From the IMG/VR virus record IMGVR_UViG_3300027749_000039, positions 1 through 64,000 of that record: DNA of 64,000 nucleotides; one strand, given 5' to 3'. Position 1 is the first letter of the stretch; every line of letters starts with the position of its first letter. Of this stretch, positions 1 to 9,567 are shown piece by piece. The notes under the pieces are model-generated. The model was not told the origin of the DNA, did not search any database, and saw only the letters and a list, made by a program, of their open reading frames with translations. Position numbers and translations under genes: made by a program. The DNA comes from a virus.

Positions 1-315
1 ATAACACCTTGTTTTAGAGATGAATTTGAATTAGATTACTTACACTCAAATTATTTTATGAAGGTAGAATTAATTGATACACTAAATCCGAATAAAAAGG
101 GATTAGATAGTATGATTGATTGCGCTTTGAAATTCTATTCACAATATTTAGAGGTTAGAGTATTAGAAATTGGAGATGAATTATATGATATAATTGACGT
201 AAAAAATAGCATAGAACTTGGTTCATATGGTACAAGACAATATAAAGATTTAAAATGGGTATTTGGGACAGGATTAGCTGAACCAAGATTAAGTAAAGTT
301 TTGAAATTACAATAA
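1..315 (+). CDS. Minimal class II aminoacyl-tRNA synthetase-like catalytic domain (5'-truncated by window edge)
   Basis: Frame is open from base 1: ITPCFRDEFELDYLHSNYFMKVEL (motif 2-like FRxE...H...F), IELGSYG, WVFGTGLAEPRL (motif 3-like). The ORF-track ATG at 58 is internal. Confidence 0.75.
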   Translation: MTPCFRDEFELDYLHSNYFMKVELIDTLNPNKKGLDSMIDCALKFYSQYLEVRVLEIGDELYDIIDVKNSIELGSYGTRQYKDLKWVFGTGLAEPRLSKVLKLQ

Positions 316-382
316 GAAATATATAAAAATCGCTGAAACTCTTATAAACATAAGCGTATAATAGCATAACTAATTTTTTAAA

Positions 383-2023
383 ATGCTATTAACGAAAAAT
401 AAACTAGAGGTATATAATGAATTATATTTTGATTTTTTAGAGCCAAAATTTAATAACTTTGAATTTTTCAAAAAGTTCAAAACTTCACTTATTAATCCAG
501 ATATAAAATTATCTGATATAAAGATAACATTTTTACATTTAGGTAAAAATGATTGCAGAATGAAAGCTTCTGATATAATTGATATAATGAAAAATATGGA
601 TAATAAAACAATATCTCGCTATGACTATTTCGAGAAAATACTAAATGAAATGGCTATTCCGTATCTAAATGTAGATGACGTGACAAAAGTTAAATTTGCG
701 GAAGTGTTTACTCCTATTTGGTTAATAGACGAGCAGTTAGATAACTGCTTTCCAAAGACAGACTGGTCTAATCCAAACTTAACTTGGTTAGATGCTTCTA
801 ATGGCATCGGAAATTATCTTATAAGAATTATACAAAGACTATTAATAGGATTAGCTAATGTCGAAGGCTTCGAAGATGAAGAAGTTAGATACAGACATAT
901 AATAGAAAAAATGGTTTATGCTTGTGAAATACAACCTATAAATATGTTTTCTTATATCTTTTTCATTGATCCAAAAGGAGAGTATAATACTAATTTTTAT
1001 AGAGGTGATTATTTGAATCCATTATTTAATCTTAATATGAGAGATAATTGGAAATTAATATCATTTGATAGAATACTTGGTAATCCACCTTACCATATAA
1101 AGGATAATGGCGCCAAAGCTTCTTCTAAACCTATTTATAATAAATTTATTGAGCAATCAATAAATATAAGTAATAAAAATACGATTATATCGTTTATAAC
1201 TCCATCTAGATGGTTTGCTGGTGGCAAAGGTTTAGATACATTTAGAAAAATGATGATGGAATCAAATAAATTATCTTGTATTAAGCATTTTGACGATGCA
1301 AGCACGGTTTTTGGTGAAGTTGATATTAAGGGTGGTGTATCATATTTTTCTTATGATAATTCGTTTAGTGGTAAATGTGATTTTAATGGTATTAATGTTA
1401 ATTTAAATAAATTTGATGTGATAGTATCAAATACTAGCTCCATGATGCTAATTTCTAAATTACTTGAAATGGAAAGTATAGCGGATATACATCATGCTCG
1501 TTCATATTTTAAAATTAGCACAAATGATAGTAGATTAGTTGATACACAACTAAATGATAATTATGCTTTATGTTATGTAGCACAACAAAAAGGATTTACT
1601 AAATGGATAGATAAAACTGATCTTAAAGTATCTAATACATGGAGAGTAGTTACACCAAGAGCCGCCACAAAAGGTGGATGTGGATTTGGTAATATATTTA
1701 TTTCTAAACCAGGTGAGTATTTAAATGATACTTATTTGTCTTTTTTTGTAAAAAGCGAAAATGAGGCTAAGTCATTAGCTTCTTATTTGAGAACAAAATT
1801 TGCTAATTATCTACTTTCTCTAAGAAAAGTTAGTCAAGACATTAGTAATGGAACTATTAAGTGGATACCAAAAGTTTCTTTTGATAGAGAGTGGAATGAT
1901 GAATTATTATTTAAGTATTTTAATTTAACAGAAGAAGAAATCAATTTAATCATAGAGGCAGATTTAGAAAAAAAAGTTGTAAAGAAAAAAAGAATAAAAA
2001 ATGATTACAGTAGAGCATTATAA
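383..2023 (+). CDS. N6-adenine DNA methyltransferase, Eco57I/TaqI-like with C-terminal target-recognition region
   Basis: Motif I WLDASNGIGNY, motif IV ILGNPPY, ITPSRWFAGGKG. Confidence 0.85.
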   Translation: MLLTKNKLEVYNELYFDFLEPKFNNFEFFKKFKTSLINPDIKLSDIKITFLHLGKNDCRMKASDIIDIMKNMDNKTISRYDYFEKILNEMAIPYLNVDDVTKVKFAEVFTPIWLIDEQLDNCFPKTDWSNPNLTWLDASNGIGNYLIRIIQRLLIGLANVEGFEDEEVRYRHIIEKMVYACEIQPINMFSYIFFIDPKGEYNTNFYRGDYLNPLFNLNMRDNWKLISFDRILGNPPYHIKDNGAKASSKPIYNKFIEQSINISNKNTIISFITPSRWFAGGKGLDTFRKMMMESNKLSCIKHFDDASTVFGEVDIKGGVSYFSYDNSFSGKCDFNGINVNLNKFDVIVSNTSSMMLISKLLEMESIADIHHARSYFKISTNDSRLVDTQLNDNYALCYVAQQKGFTKWIDKTDLKVSNTWRVVTPRAATKGGCGFGNIFISKPGEYLNDTYLSFFVKSENEAKSLASYLRTKFANYLLSLRKVSQDISNGTIKWIPKVSFDREWNDELLFKYFNLTEEEINLIIEADLEKKVVKKKRIKNDYSRAL

Positions 2024-2288
2024 TAATATAATTGATGAATATAAAAGGGGTAATTTTACTTTAAAAGAATATAAAAAAGTTAATTTTATCTTAAATGATA
2101 AGGAGTATTCGACATATGCTATGAATTACCTTATTTGGGAATTTATGAAATCTAAAAATGATAATAGATGGGAAATGCTTTTAGATTCAGTATTAGTTCC
2201 AAACAAACTTAATAGTAGTATTAAATTTGAAGAAATGGAATTTGAAGATTTTTTTAATTTTATGATTACTTTAAAAAATACAAATTAA
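2001..2288 (+). CDS. Hypothetical protein
   Basis: 95 aa ORF, co-oriented, overlaps upstream stop. Confidence 0.6.
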   Translation: MITVEHYNNIIDEYKRGNFTLKEYKKVNFILNDKEYSTYAMNYLIWEFMKSKNDNRWEMLLDSVLVPNKLNSSIKFEEMEFEDFFNFMITLKNTN

Positions 2289-2309
2289 TATATAAAACAA
2301 AAAACATAA

Positions 2310-2873
2310 ATGACACTCAAACCAGAAGTAAACAACATTATTTCATATCTTCTCAAAATAGAAGATAGTAATAGCTTTAGATGTATTGATTTATTAAACT
2401 TTTTTATGGATAAATATCCTGATGCTCCTGGTTCATCTGGTAATCATCAAGCTTATGAAGGTGGTTATTTTAAACATGTTAGTGATATTCTAGAATATGC
2501 CTCTACTATGTATAAATCGTTAATGAAGAAAGATAAATTAGGGTTTAGTCTTTCTGATGCTTTATTAGTTTTATTTTTACATGATATTGAAAAACCTATT
2601 AAATATAGTCCAATTTTAGTTAAAACTGGTGTTATAGATGAGAATTCTTTTATAGAAGAAGAGGTTTTAGAGTATGAGACTGATTCAGATGACGAAATTA
2701 GAAAAATGTTGATTGAAAAGTTCAATATAAAATTAACAGAAGAACATAAATTGGCATTGAAATATATTCATGGTGAGGGACATGATTATCGGAAAGATAA
2801 GAGAGTGATGTCACCTTTATGCGCTTTTTGCCATTGTTGCGATGTAATAAGTGCTAGAATATTTTTTGAATAA
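2310..2873 (+). CDS. HD-domain phosphohydrolase
   Basis: NHQAYEGGYFKHV, LFLHDIEK, HGE, HCCDVISAR metal-binding pattern. Confidence 0.8.
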   Translation: MTLKPEVNNIISYLLKIEDSNSFRCIDLLNFFMDKYPDAPGSSGNHQAYEGGYFKHVSDILEYASTMYKSLMKKDKLGFSLSDALLVLFLHDIEKPIKYSPILVKTGVIDENSFIEEEVLEYETDSDDEIRKMLIEKFNIKLTEEHKLALKYIHGEGHDYRKDKRVMSPLCAFCHCCDVISARIFFE

Positions 2874-2902
2874 AAAAAGCGGCTTTAAAAGCCGCTTTTT
2901 TT
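2872..2902. terminator. Bidirectional intrinsic terminator
   Basis: AAAAAAAGCGGC-TTTAAAA-GCCGCTTTTTTT between convergent genes. Confidence 0.85.
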
Positions 2903-3161
2903 ATTTTTTATCTTCTTTATCCTCTTCATTTTCAATAGCATCTAATTTATCTTTAATCTCATCCTTAGATAGAGACTGCATAGTTTTAGCTACATTATTA
3001 AAATGCATTTTTTTATTATTTGGTAATTCATACATATCATCTTCATTTTTATTAAATGATCTTTTTAATTTATTTAAATTTTCTTTCTCTTTTTTTGGAT
3101 CAAAATCTTTAAAAGGTTGAAGATATTTTGTATTGAAGTTTGGGTTATTATCTTTTCTCAT
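2901..3161 (-). CDS. Hypothetical protein
   Basis: 86 aa ORF ending at terminator. Confidence 0.65.
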   Translation of the reverse strand: MRKDNNPNFNTKYLQPFKDFDPKKEKENLNKLKRSFNKNEDDMYELPNNKKMHFNNVAKTMQSLSKDEIKDKLDAIENEEDKEDKK

Positions 3162-3173
3162 AATTTATATATT

Positions 3174-3860
3174 TTATTTTAAAAGTGTATTTAACATATC
3201 CACTATTTTATGTCCAATTAAAAAATGTATATTCAAAAGCTTGTCTACATCAATTGTTTCTGATTTATCTAATAATCTAAATCTAAACCTATAAAAAATT
3301 TTATCATCTACATTTTTATGTTTAGATATACATAATGAAAAATCATATTCACTATCACCACTAACTACATTAATGTCAAAATCAAACGTAGTTTCATTAC
3401 AAGGTTTTACTTTAAATTTTGGTTCATAAACAACATTACCTATACTATAATTTTCAATATTATTTTGTTCAAAATAATGGGAAATTAAAAGTCCAGGTGT
3501 ATCAATAAATTCGGATAATGTTTGTATATCTTTTCCGAATTTATTTGAGTCTATTATTTTTTTAATTTTATTTTCCAAATCAAATGCATCTTTAAATTCA
3601 ATTGTATGATAAATGCAATTTATATCATATAAATATAAAAATGAATTTTCCAAAATATTATTTTTCTCCAAATCAGTTTTGAATATAAATTTAGTATGTA
3701 TAATTAATGTATCTTGAACTCTTAAATCATGTATAGATATGATCAATTTTAAAAAATCTTCATCTTTCGATTTTTCATAAACACTATCAACGGTTTTTAT
3801 CAAACCTTTTTCATCCTCAAATACTTCTTTAAATAATGTTTTTATTTCAGATATTTTCAT
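3174..3860 (-). CDS. Hypothetical protein
   Basis: 228 aa ORF preceded by TTAATATATAG motif. Confidence 0.75.
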   Translation of the reverse strand: MKISEIKTLFKEVFEDEKGLIKTVDSVYEKSKDEDFLKLIISIHDLRVQDTLIIHTKFIFKTDLEKNNILENSFLYLYDINCIYHTIEFKDAFDLENKIKKIIDSNKFGKDIQTLSEFIDTPGLLISHYFEQNNIENYSIGNVVYEPKFKVKPCNETTFDFDINVVSGDSEYDFSLCISKHKNVDDKIFYRFRFRLLDKSETIDVDKLLNIHFLIGHKIVDMLNTLLK

Positions 3861-3890
3861 TTACTATATATTAAATATAAAGATTACTTA

Positions 3891-3898
3891 TATTTTTG
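3891..3898 (+). promoter_or_regulatory. Bacteroidota-type -7 promoter element (TAnnTTTG)
   Basis: TATTTTTG upstream of ORF 3970. Confidence 0.5.
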
Positions 3899-3969
3899 CA
3901 ATAATTATATATCAAATAATTAAGGAAGAAATAATTATTTGATATATAATTAAAAATAATTAAAATAAT

Positions 3970-4536
3970 ATGGAAAATATGGATTTTTTACCTAGAGAAA
4001 AACTAAATAAAGAAATAACTAAAGCGTCTGTGTATGATAGTTTAGTAGAACAAGCTAGATCTCTTAATCTAGAAGACGTTGTGTTTGATACAACGTTTGC
4101 TGATGCAGAAGTTTTGGCACAAAGACCAGTAAAAACAAAAATAGATAAACAAAAAGTTTATTTTTGGATAAGAGTTTACTTATCAGAAGATATGAATAAT
4201 ATAGAAGCTGGTGATGATGTTATGATTAACTATACTAGTACAGGAGAAGAATTAGAAACAAAATTTATTTGTTACGCTAAAATGGGTGCATCTCATATAG
4301 ATTATGAAGATGGTGAACCGGTAGTGGCAAATTATAATTCAGAAGATAATAAAAAATGTCTTTGTTTAATGGTTGACGAAGAAAGAATTAATTACGAATC
4401 AGATGATATACCATTTTTAAGAAAATTGTTTAGAATTGGTAGACATTATGAGTATGAATTAGTCAGAAGATCTGAATTAACTTTAACTAATAAAAGAACA
4501 GAAGAACAAATAGATTATTATGATATAGAATTCTAA
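3970..4536 (+). CDS. Hypothetical protein
   Basis: 188 aa acidic ORF followed by terminator. Confidence 0.75.
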   Translation: MENMDFLPREKLNKEITKASVYDSLVEQARSLNLEDVVFDTTFADAEVLAQRPVKTKIDKQKVYFWIRVYLSEDMNNIEAGDDVMINYTSTGEELETKFICYAKMGASHIDYEDGEPVVANYNSEDNKKCLCLMVDEERINYESDDIPFLRKLFRIGRHYEYELVRRSELTLTNKRTEEQIDYYDIEF

Positions 4537-4565
4537 AAAAAATGCGGCATTTGTCGCATTTTTTT
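4535..4565 (+). terminator. Intrinsic terminator
   Basis: A8-TGCGGC-ATTT-GTCGCA-T7 hairpin. Confidence 0.75.
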
Positions 4566-4574
4566 ATTTTTGAC

Positions 4575-4603
4575 TAAACTTTAGTTTAAAAAACTAATAT
4601 ATA
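4575..4603 (+). promoter_or_regulatory. Putative phage promoter TAAAC-N16-AATATATA
   Basis: Same bipartite motif upstream of DNA pol (5565), DinG helicase (10763), DnaB (13770), 26201 and 39590. Confidence 0.55.
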
Positions 4604-4671
4604 AAAAGATTGAAAAATCACATCTTAATTTGAGCCATTCACTCCGAATTGGCTCAAAAAAAAAATCCTTT

Positions 4672-5502
4672 ATGTACAACACAAAAATTTACAACACACT
4701 CGTCCAAAAAATGAGAGGCTTTTTCCTGGAAAAAGGTTTCATCGAAGTTCCAACACAATCTAGAACTTCAATTCTCGCAGCTTGCGAAAATCCACACTCA
4801 GTTATGACTTTTCAATTAGACGGAGAGGTTTGGCCATTAAAACAAACAGGTCAAATGGATCTTGAAGAAGAATTGCTTAAAAATCCGGATTGGCCAGGAT
4901 GCTTTTGCTTAACTACATCTTATAGAGATGAGAAAAATCCAATACCTGGTAGGCATAACAAAATATTTCCAATGTTTGAATTTGAAGCAAAAGGAAATAT
5001 TGAGCATTTAAAACAAATGGAAAAGGAATTAGTAGTATATCTTGGATTTGACACACCAGTTGAAGTTAAATATGAAGATATGTGTGCTAAATATGACGTT
5101 TCAATTCTTGAAAATGAACAAGAAATAGAAATGTGGAATGAATTAGGACACTCTGTTTCTTTACAACAATTTCCTCTGCGCACGAGCCCCTTCTATAACA
5201 TGTATATGAACCCTGATAAAACATTTAATAAAATAGATGTAATATTATATGGTCAAGAAACAATTGGTTCGGCTCAAAGATCATGTGACCCAAAAATAAT
5301 GCGTGAATTATTCTATACAATATCAGATGGTGAATATGCTGCAAAATTATTTCAATTATTTGGCAGGGAAAGAGTTGAGAAAGAGTTAAACGAATTCTTA
5401 TCACTTGAATTCTTTGAAAGATATGGTGGAGGCATAGGAATAACGCGTCTAAGTCGAGCATACGAAATGTTAATGGCAGAAAAAATGCAAGAAATGGTAT
5501 AA
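4672..5502 (+). CDS. Asp/Asn-tRNA-synthetase-like catalytic domain lacking the anticodon-binding domain (archaeal-type asparagine synthetase/AsnRS2-like)
   Basis: Motif 1 FFLEKGFIEVPT, motif 2 TTSYRDEKNPIPGRHNKIFPMFEFE, ETIGSAQRS, motif 3 YGGGIGITRL; no N-terminal OB fold; ATG 4672 preferred over TTG 4630. Confidence 0.8.
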   Translation: MYNTKIYNTLVQKMRGFFLEKGFIEVPTQSRTSILAACENPHSVMTFQLDGEVWPLKQTGQMDLEEELLKNPDWPGCFCLTTSYRDEKNPIPGRHNKIFPMFEFEAKGNIEHLKQMEKELVVYLGFDTPVEVKYEDMCAKYDVSILENEQEIEMWNELGHSVSLQQFPLRTSPFYNMYMNPDKTFNKIDVILYGQETIGSAQRSCDPKIMRELFYTISDGEYAAKLFQLFGRERVEKELNEFLSLEFFERYGGGIGITRLSRAYEMLMAEKMQEMV

Positions 5503-5508
5503 AAATAT

Positions 5509-5540
5509 AAGAAAAGAGGCTAATTTTAGCCTCTTTTCTT
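5509..5540 (+). terminator. Intrinsic terminator
   Basis: AAGAAAAGAGGCTA-ATTT-TAGCCTCTTTTCTT. Confidence 0.8.
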
Positions 5541-5597
5541 TCTTTATACGCATCTAAATTATATTAAACTTTGACTAACATTAAAAATATAAAATTA

Positions 5598-7142
5598 ATG
5601 CTAATAGACACTCAATATTTAAGTCACACAAGAAAGCTAGTTTTATCGTATGTAGATAAAACTGGTAAGACAAAAATGAAATACTTTGATTGGACAAACC
5701 CAATGAAGTATCAAAACTGCGATTCAACGGATCCAGATAAACATCCACGGTTTAAATCATGGGATGGCAAACCTGTTAAGAAAATTCCGGCAGGATATCC
5801 TGATAGATATGCAATTTATGAATTTTTAGATAATCTTCCAGAAGATGAAAAGACTGAAATCTTTGAATATAACGACCCTGAAATCTATTTTATAGATATT
5901 GAAACAGCGTTAGATCCAAATACAGGCGGTTATTCTCAACCAGAAGACCCAAATGGACAAATATTGTCTATATCTTTGGTTTATGCTGATAAAATAATTC
6001 TAATGGGATTGAAAGATATGCCAGATGATATGCAAAAACGGATTATTGATGATACTAATAAATACTTTGCAAAGTTTGACAGCCATTATAAGTTTAAGTA
6101 TATTAAATATAATGATGAATTTAGTATGATTAAATCTTTCTTTGAAGATTTTGTGCCAAAAATGACTTGTTTAACTGGTTGGAACTTTGTGGGTTATGAC
6201 TGGTTATATTTAGTAAATCGTGCTAGAAAACTAACTAAAATCATAAATGGTGAGCAATTAACTATTGATCCAAATATATCTTCTCCTACAAAGAGAATGA
6301 ATAAAGTGTGGATGACTAATTATGAATTACCAGCACATAGACTTATATTTGATTATATGCAGTTATATGAAATCTGTGATACTTCAATCAAGGTTAAAGA
6401 ATCATCATCACTCGACTTCGTAGCAGGCAAATTAGTTGGTGTTAATAAAATCAAATATACCGGTAATTTACATAAATTATACGAAGATGATTTTGAATTA
6501 TTCATGTATTATAACTGCGTTGACTCTGTGTTGGTTCAAAAAATACACGAAGCTAAAAATTATATATCAATCGTATATGCGGTTTCATCACTTGCTAAAA
6601 TACAAATTAAAGATGTAGTTAATCAATCTAAAGGAGCTTTAGCGTCATTAGCAATTACAGAAGGTGTATTAAGAGACAGATTTAGAGATATGGAAGACAT
6701 CGTTTTGTTTAAAAACGAAGATAGACCTTCTTATGACGCAGAAGATACCGCTTTAGCAGGTGGTTGGGTAAAAGACCCAGTGACAGGTATGAACTTATGG
6801 GTTGTTTGTTATGACTTTGCATCTCTTTATCCAACCACGATGTTGGAGTTCTTTATAGCTCCGGAGAATTTTGTAGGAGTGCAAAATTCGGAAAATAAAT
6901 CTGTTTGCACTAATGGTATGCCAATTGATTTAACGAAACATGTTGTTTGTATAAATGGTGTGGTATTTAAAAAACACAGGTCTCCAACAATCACTATGAT
7001 AGAAGATGTTTATGCAGATAGGAAAAAAGCTAAAAAAATTATGATGCAAAAAAAAGAGGAATATCAAAGAATAATAAACGAAATAAAAGAATTAGAAGCC
7101 GAACTGAGCTCCTGCGCCTACATAAGTAAGCAAAATAATTAA
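5598..7142 (+). CDS. Family B DNA polymerase, N-terminal subunit (3'-5' exonuclease + motif A + first finger helix; gp43A-like)
   Basis: ExoI FIDIET, ExoII GWNFVGYDW, ExoIII YNCVDS, motif A YDFASLYP; ends after YADRKKAK helix with no KxxxNSxYG or DTDS. Confidence 0.9.
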   Translation: MLIDTQYLSHTRKLVLSYVDKTGKTKMKYFDWTNPMKYQNCDSTDPDKHPRFKSWDGKPVKKIPAGYPDRYAIYEFLDNLPEDEKTEIFEYNDPEIYFIDIETALDPNTGGYSQPEDPNGQILSISLVYADKIILMGLKDMPDDMQKRIIDDTNKYFAKFDSHYKFKYIKYNDEFSMIKSFFEDFVPKMTCLTGWNFVGYDWLYLVNRARKLTKIINGEQLTIDPNISSPTKRMNKVWMTNYELPAHRLIFDYMQLYEICDTSIKVKESSSLDFVAGKLVGVNKIKYTGNLHKLYEDDFELFMYYNCVDSVLVQKIHEAKNYISIVYAVSSLAKIQIKDVVNQSKGALASLAITEGVLRDRFRDMEDIVLFKNEDRPSYDAEDTALAGGWVKDPVTGMNLWVVCYDFASLYPTTMLEFFIAPENFVGVQNSENKSVCTNGMPIDLTKHVVCINGVVFKKHRSPTITMIEDVYADRKKAKKIMMQKKEEYQRIINEIKELEAELSSCAYISKQNN

Positions 7143-7152
7143 TATATAAAAT

Positions 7153-8016
7153 ATGGAAGAAAAAAGATATTATATTTATGTATTTTTAGATAATACTAAA
7201 CCGGGTAAATATGTTTATGATAACTTAAAGTTTGACTATGAACCATTTTATATAGGAAAGGGAACTGATGATAGAATTATAACATCATTTTATGATAAAC
7301 AAACTTTCAAATCAAATAAGATTAAATCAATAAAAAATAAAGGTGGTGATGTTATTAGATATAAATTATATGAAAATCTAGAAAATTTTGAAGCACTAGA
7401 ATTAGAAAAGATTCTAATTTCAAAAATCGGTAGAAGAGATTTATATAAAGGAACTTTAACCAATCTAACTCATGGTGGTGATGGAAGATTAGCATCGCCA
7501 CATACTGAAGAAACTAAAATAAAAATATCCGAAACTAAGAAATCTCAACATTTACATTCTATTATTACAGATTCGCAAAAAGAATATCTTAGAGAAATTA
7601 ATTTAGGTGAAAAAAATCCTATGTATGGTAAAACACACACTGATGAAGTAAAAGAAAAGCAGTCTTTGTTAGTTTCTGGCTCAAATCATCCTATGTATGG
7701 TAAAAAACATAATGAAGAAACTATACAAAAGATAAAAGATAAAAGAAATAACGCTGTAAATCAAGAAACTGCAAATTTAGATTCTAAATTACGAAACAAT
7801 AAAGCAATTTTGCAATATGACTTAAATAATAATTTTATAGCAGAGTTTGAATCAATTAAGTTTGCCTCTATTGAATTGAAAATATCCGAATCTTTAATTG
7901 GTAAAACTTGTAGAGGAATTGTTAAAAATCCAAGAAAATTTATTTTCAAATTTAAGGAAGAAAGTGATAAGATATTAACTAATTCTTATGAATTAAAAGA
8001 AGGTGATATAGATTAA
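7153..8016 (+). mobile_element. Free-standing GIY-YIG homing endonuclease with NUMOD3/NUMOD1-like repeats; C-terminus apparently frameshifted
   Basis: YYIYVF...FYIGKG...R, NLTHGGDG, NPMYGKTH/HPMYGKKH, ILQYDLNNNFIAEFESIK; LIKRCKMTVIVEE continues in another frame to about 8120. Confidence 0.85.
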
Positions 8017-8119
8017 TTAAGAGATGTAAAATGACAGTAATTGTTGAGGAAAGTGGTATTGAAAAAATTTTAAGAAAAAAAGAATATCCTATTTTTTGGA
8101 ATAAAAAGAAATTAATTTA

Positions 8120-8914
8120 ATGGATAATATGATAAAGAAAAACACAATACATCATGGTGATTGTCTTGAAATAATGAAGAATATAGAAGATGAAAGCATA
8201 TCAATGATTTTGGCAGATCTCCCTTATGGATCGACAAAAGCAGCTTTTGATTCTTGTATAGATTTGGAAAAATTATGGGAGCAATATAAGAGAATAATTA
8301 AACCAAATGGAGCTATTCTTTTATTCGCACAAACTCCTTTTGATAAAGTATTAGGCGCTTCTAATTTAAAAATGCTTAAATATGAATGGATATGGGAGAA
8401 GACACAGGCAACTGGATTCTTAAATGCTAAGAAGATGCCTATGAAAGCACATGAAAACATATTAGTCTTCTATAAGAATGCACCAACATATAATCCACAA
8501 AAAACAACTGGGCATAAACCAACTAATTCTTATACAAAGCGAGCAAAAGTTCAGAATAAAACTGAATTATACGGTGCTGTTAAAGAAGATGTATCAGGTG
8601 GTGGTGATACAGATAGATATCCAAGATCAGTATTATTATTTCCATCTGATAAACAAATAATGAAAAATACACCATTTTTACATCCTATGCAAAAACCATT
8701 AGCTTTATGTGAATATCTAATTAAAACATATTCGAATGAAGGTGATGTAGTATTAGATAATGTATGTGGCTCAGGGACAACTGGTGTTGCAGCTAAAAAC
8801 TTAAAAAGAAATTATATCTTAATTGAAAAGGAAGAAAGATTCTACGATATGAGTCGCAGAAGACTTCAATTACTAGACGAAGTTAAAGAAGAAAATGATA
8901 TTAGTATTAAATAA
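8120..8914 (+). CDS. Beta-class N4/N6 DNA methyltransferase
   Basis: IHHGDCLE, ADLPYG, HPMQKP, VLDNVCGSGTTG. Confidence 0.9.
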   Translation: MDNMIKKNTIHHGDCLEIMKNIEDESISMILADLPYGSTKAAFDSCIDLEKLWEQYKRIIKPNGAILLFAQTPFDKVLGASNLKMLKYEWIWEKTQATGFLNAKKMPMKAHENILVFYKNAPTYNPQKTTGHKPTNSYTKRAKVQNKTELYGAVKEDVSGGGDTDRYPRSVLLFPSDKQIMKNTPFLHPMQKPLALCEYLIKTYSNEGDVVLDNVCGSGTTGVAAKNLKRNYILIEKEERFYDMSRRRLQLLDEVKEENDISIK

Positions 8915-9527
8915 TTCAGAGACAGCTCCACAAGGAGCTTTAGATATAAATGTAACCTCTAGATCAACAACTTGGTCTAGAGGTTTATCTCCTTTTATAA
9001 TAGAAGGTGGTAAAACTTGGACAGGCGATTTTGCCGAAAATGTAGAAAATATGTGGCAATTTTGTAAAGTATATGCTTGTCATGCCGATTCTAATGGCGA
9101 ACCCACTGATGAGTATTTTATCTGGGCAAAAAGAGGATGGAAATCTAAAGTAGGTATAAGATATCCTATGAATAAAGGAGCTATACCTTTATATTCATAT
9201 TGGAATGGCAAAAAATATGATTATTTAGATGCTAAAGAAAAATTATATGTTAAAATGTATTTTAGGGGAGTTAAAGATACAGAAGCATATAAAAAATTAG
9301 AAGAGTTATATAAAGAGTGCTTAAAAACAAAAACTACTTTGGTGTTAAGAGATTTCGATGCTTATAATCATGTTAATTTGAAATTAAGTCCTTATGAAGT
9401 TTTAAAACATCCTACTAAAAAGTTTGGACATGGATTTGTATTAATGTTTATGTTAATGGAATTACTAGATGAAAAAGGCAATTTTATAAGAGAAGTAAAG
9501 AATATAAATGATATAAAGTTTTTCTAA
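8895..9527 (+). CDS. Conserved phage protein (DUF6939-like, tentative)
   Basis: INVTSRS, LSPF, VENMWQFCKVY, FGHGFVL pattern. Confidence 0.5.
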   Translation: MILVLNNSETAPQGALDINVTSRSTTWSRGLSPFIIEGGKTWTGDFAENVENMWQFCKVYACHADSNGEPTDEYFIWAKRGWKSKVGIRYPMNKGAIPLYSYWNGKKYDYLDAKEKLYVKMYFRGVKDTEAYKKLEELYKECLKTKTTLVLRDFDAYNHVNLKLSPYEVLKHPTKKFGHGFVLMFMLMELLDEKGNFIREVKNINDIKFF

Positions 9528-9531
9528 ATAA

Positions 9532-9563
9532 TTTGCAATTGTCGATTTTTATTCATATCTTTG
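9532..9563 (+). promoter_or_regulatory. Bacteroidota primary-sigma promoter (-33 TTTG / -7 TAnnTTTG)
   Basis: TTTG 9532-9535, 20-nt spacer, TATCTTTG 9556-9563, ATG at 9568. Confidence 0.7.
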
Positions 9564-9567
9564 CTCT

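Noticed and set aside
4630-4671. TTG start extending the aaRS-like ORF
   Set aside because: The region is a hairpin plus A-run; ATG 4672 has a better initiation context
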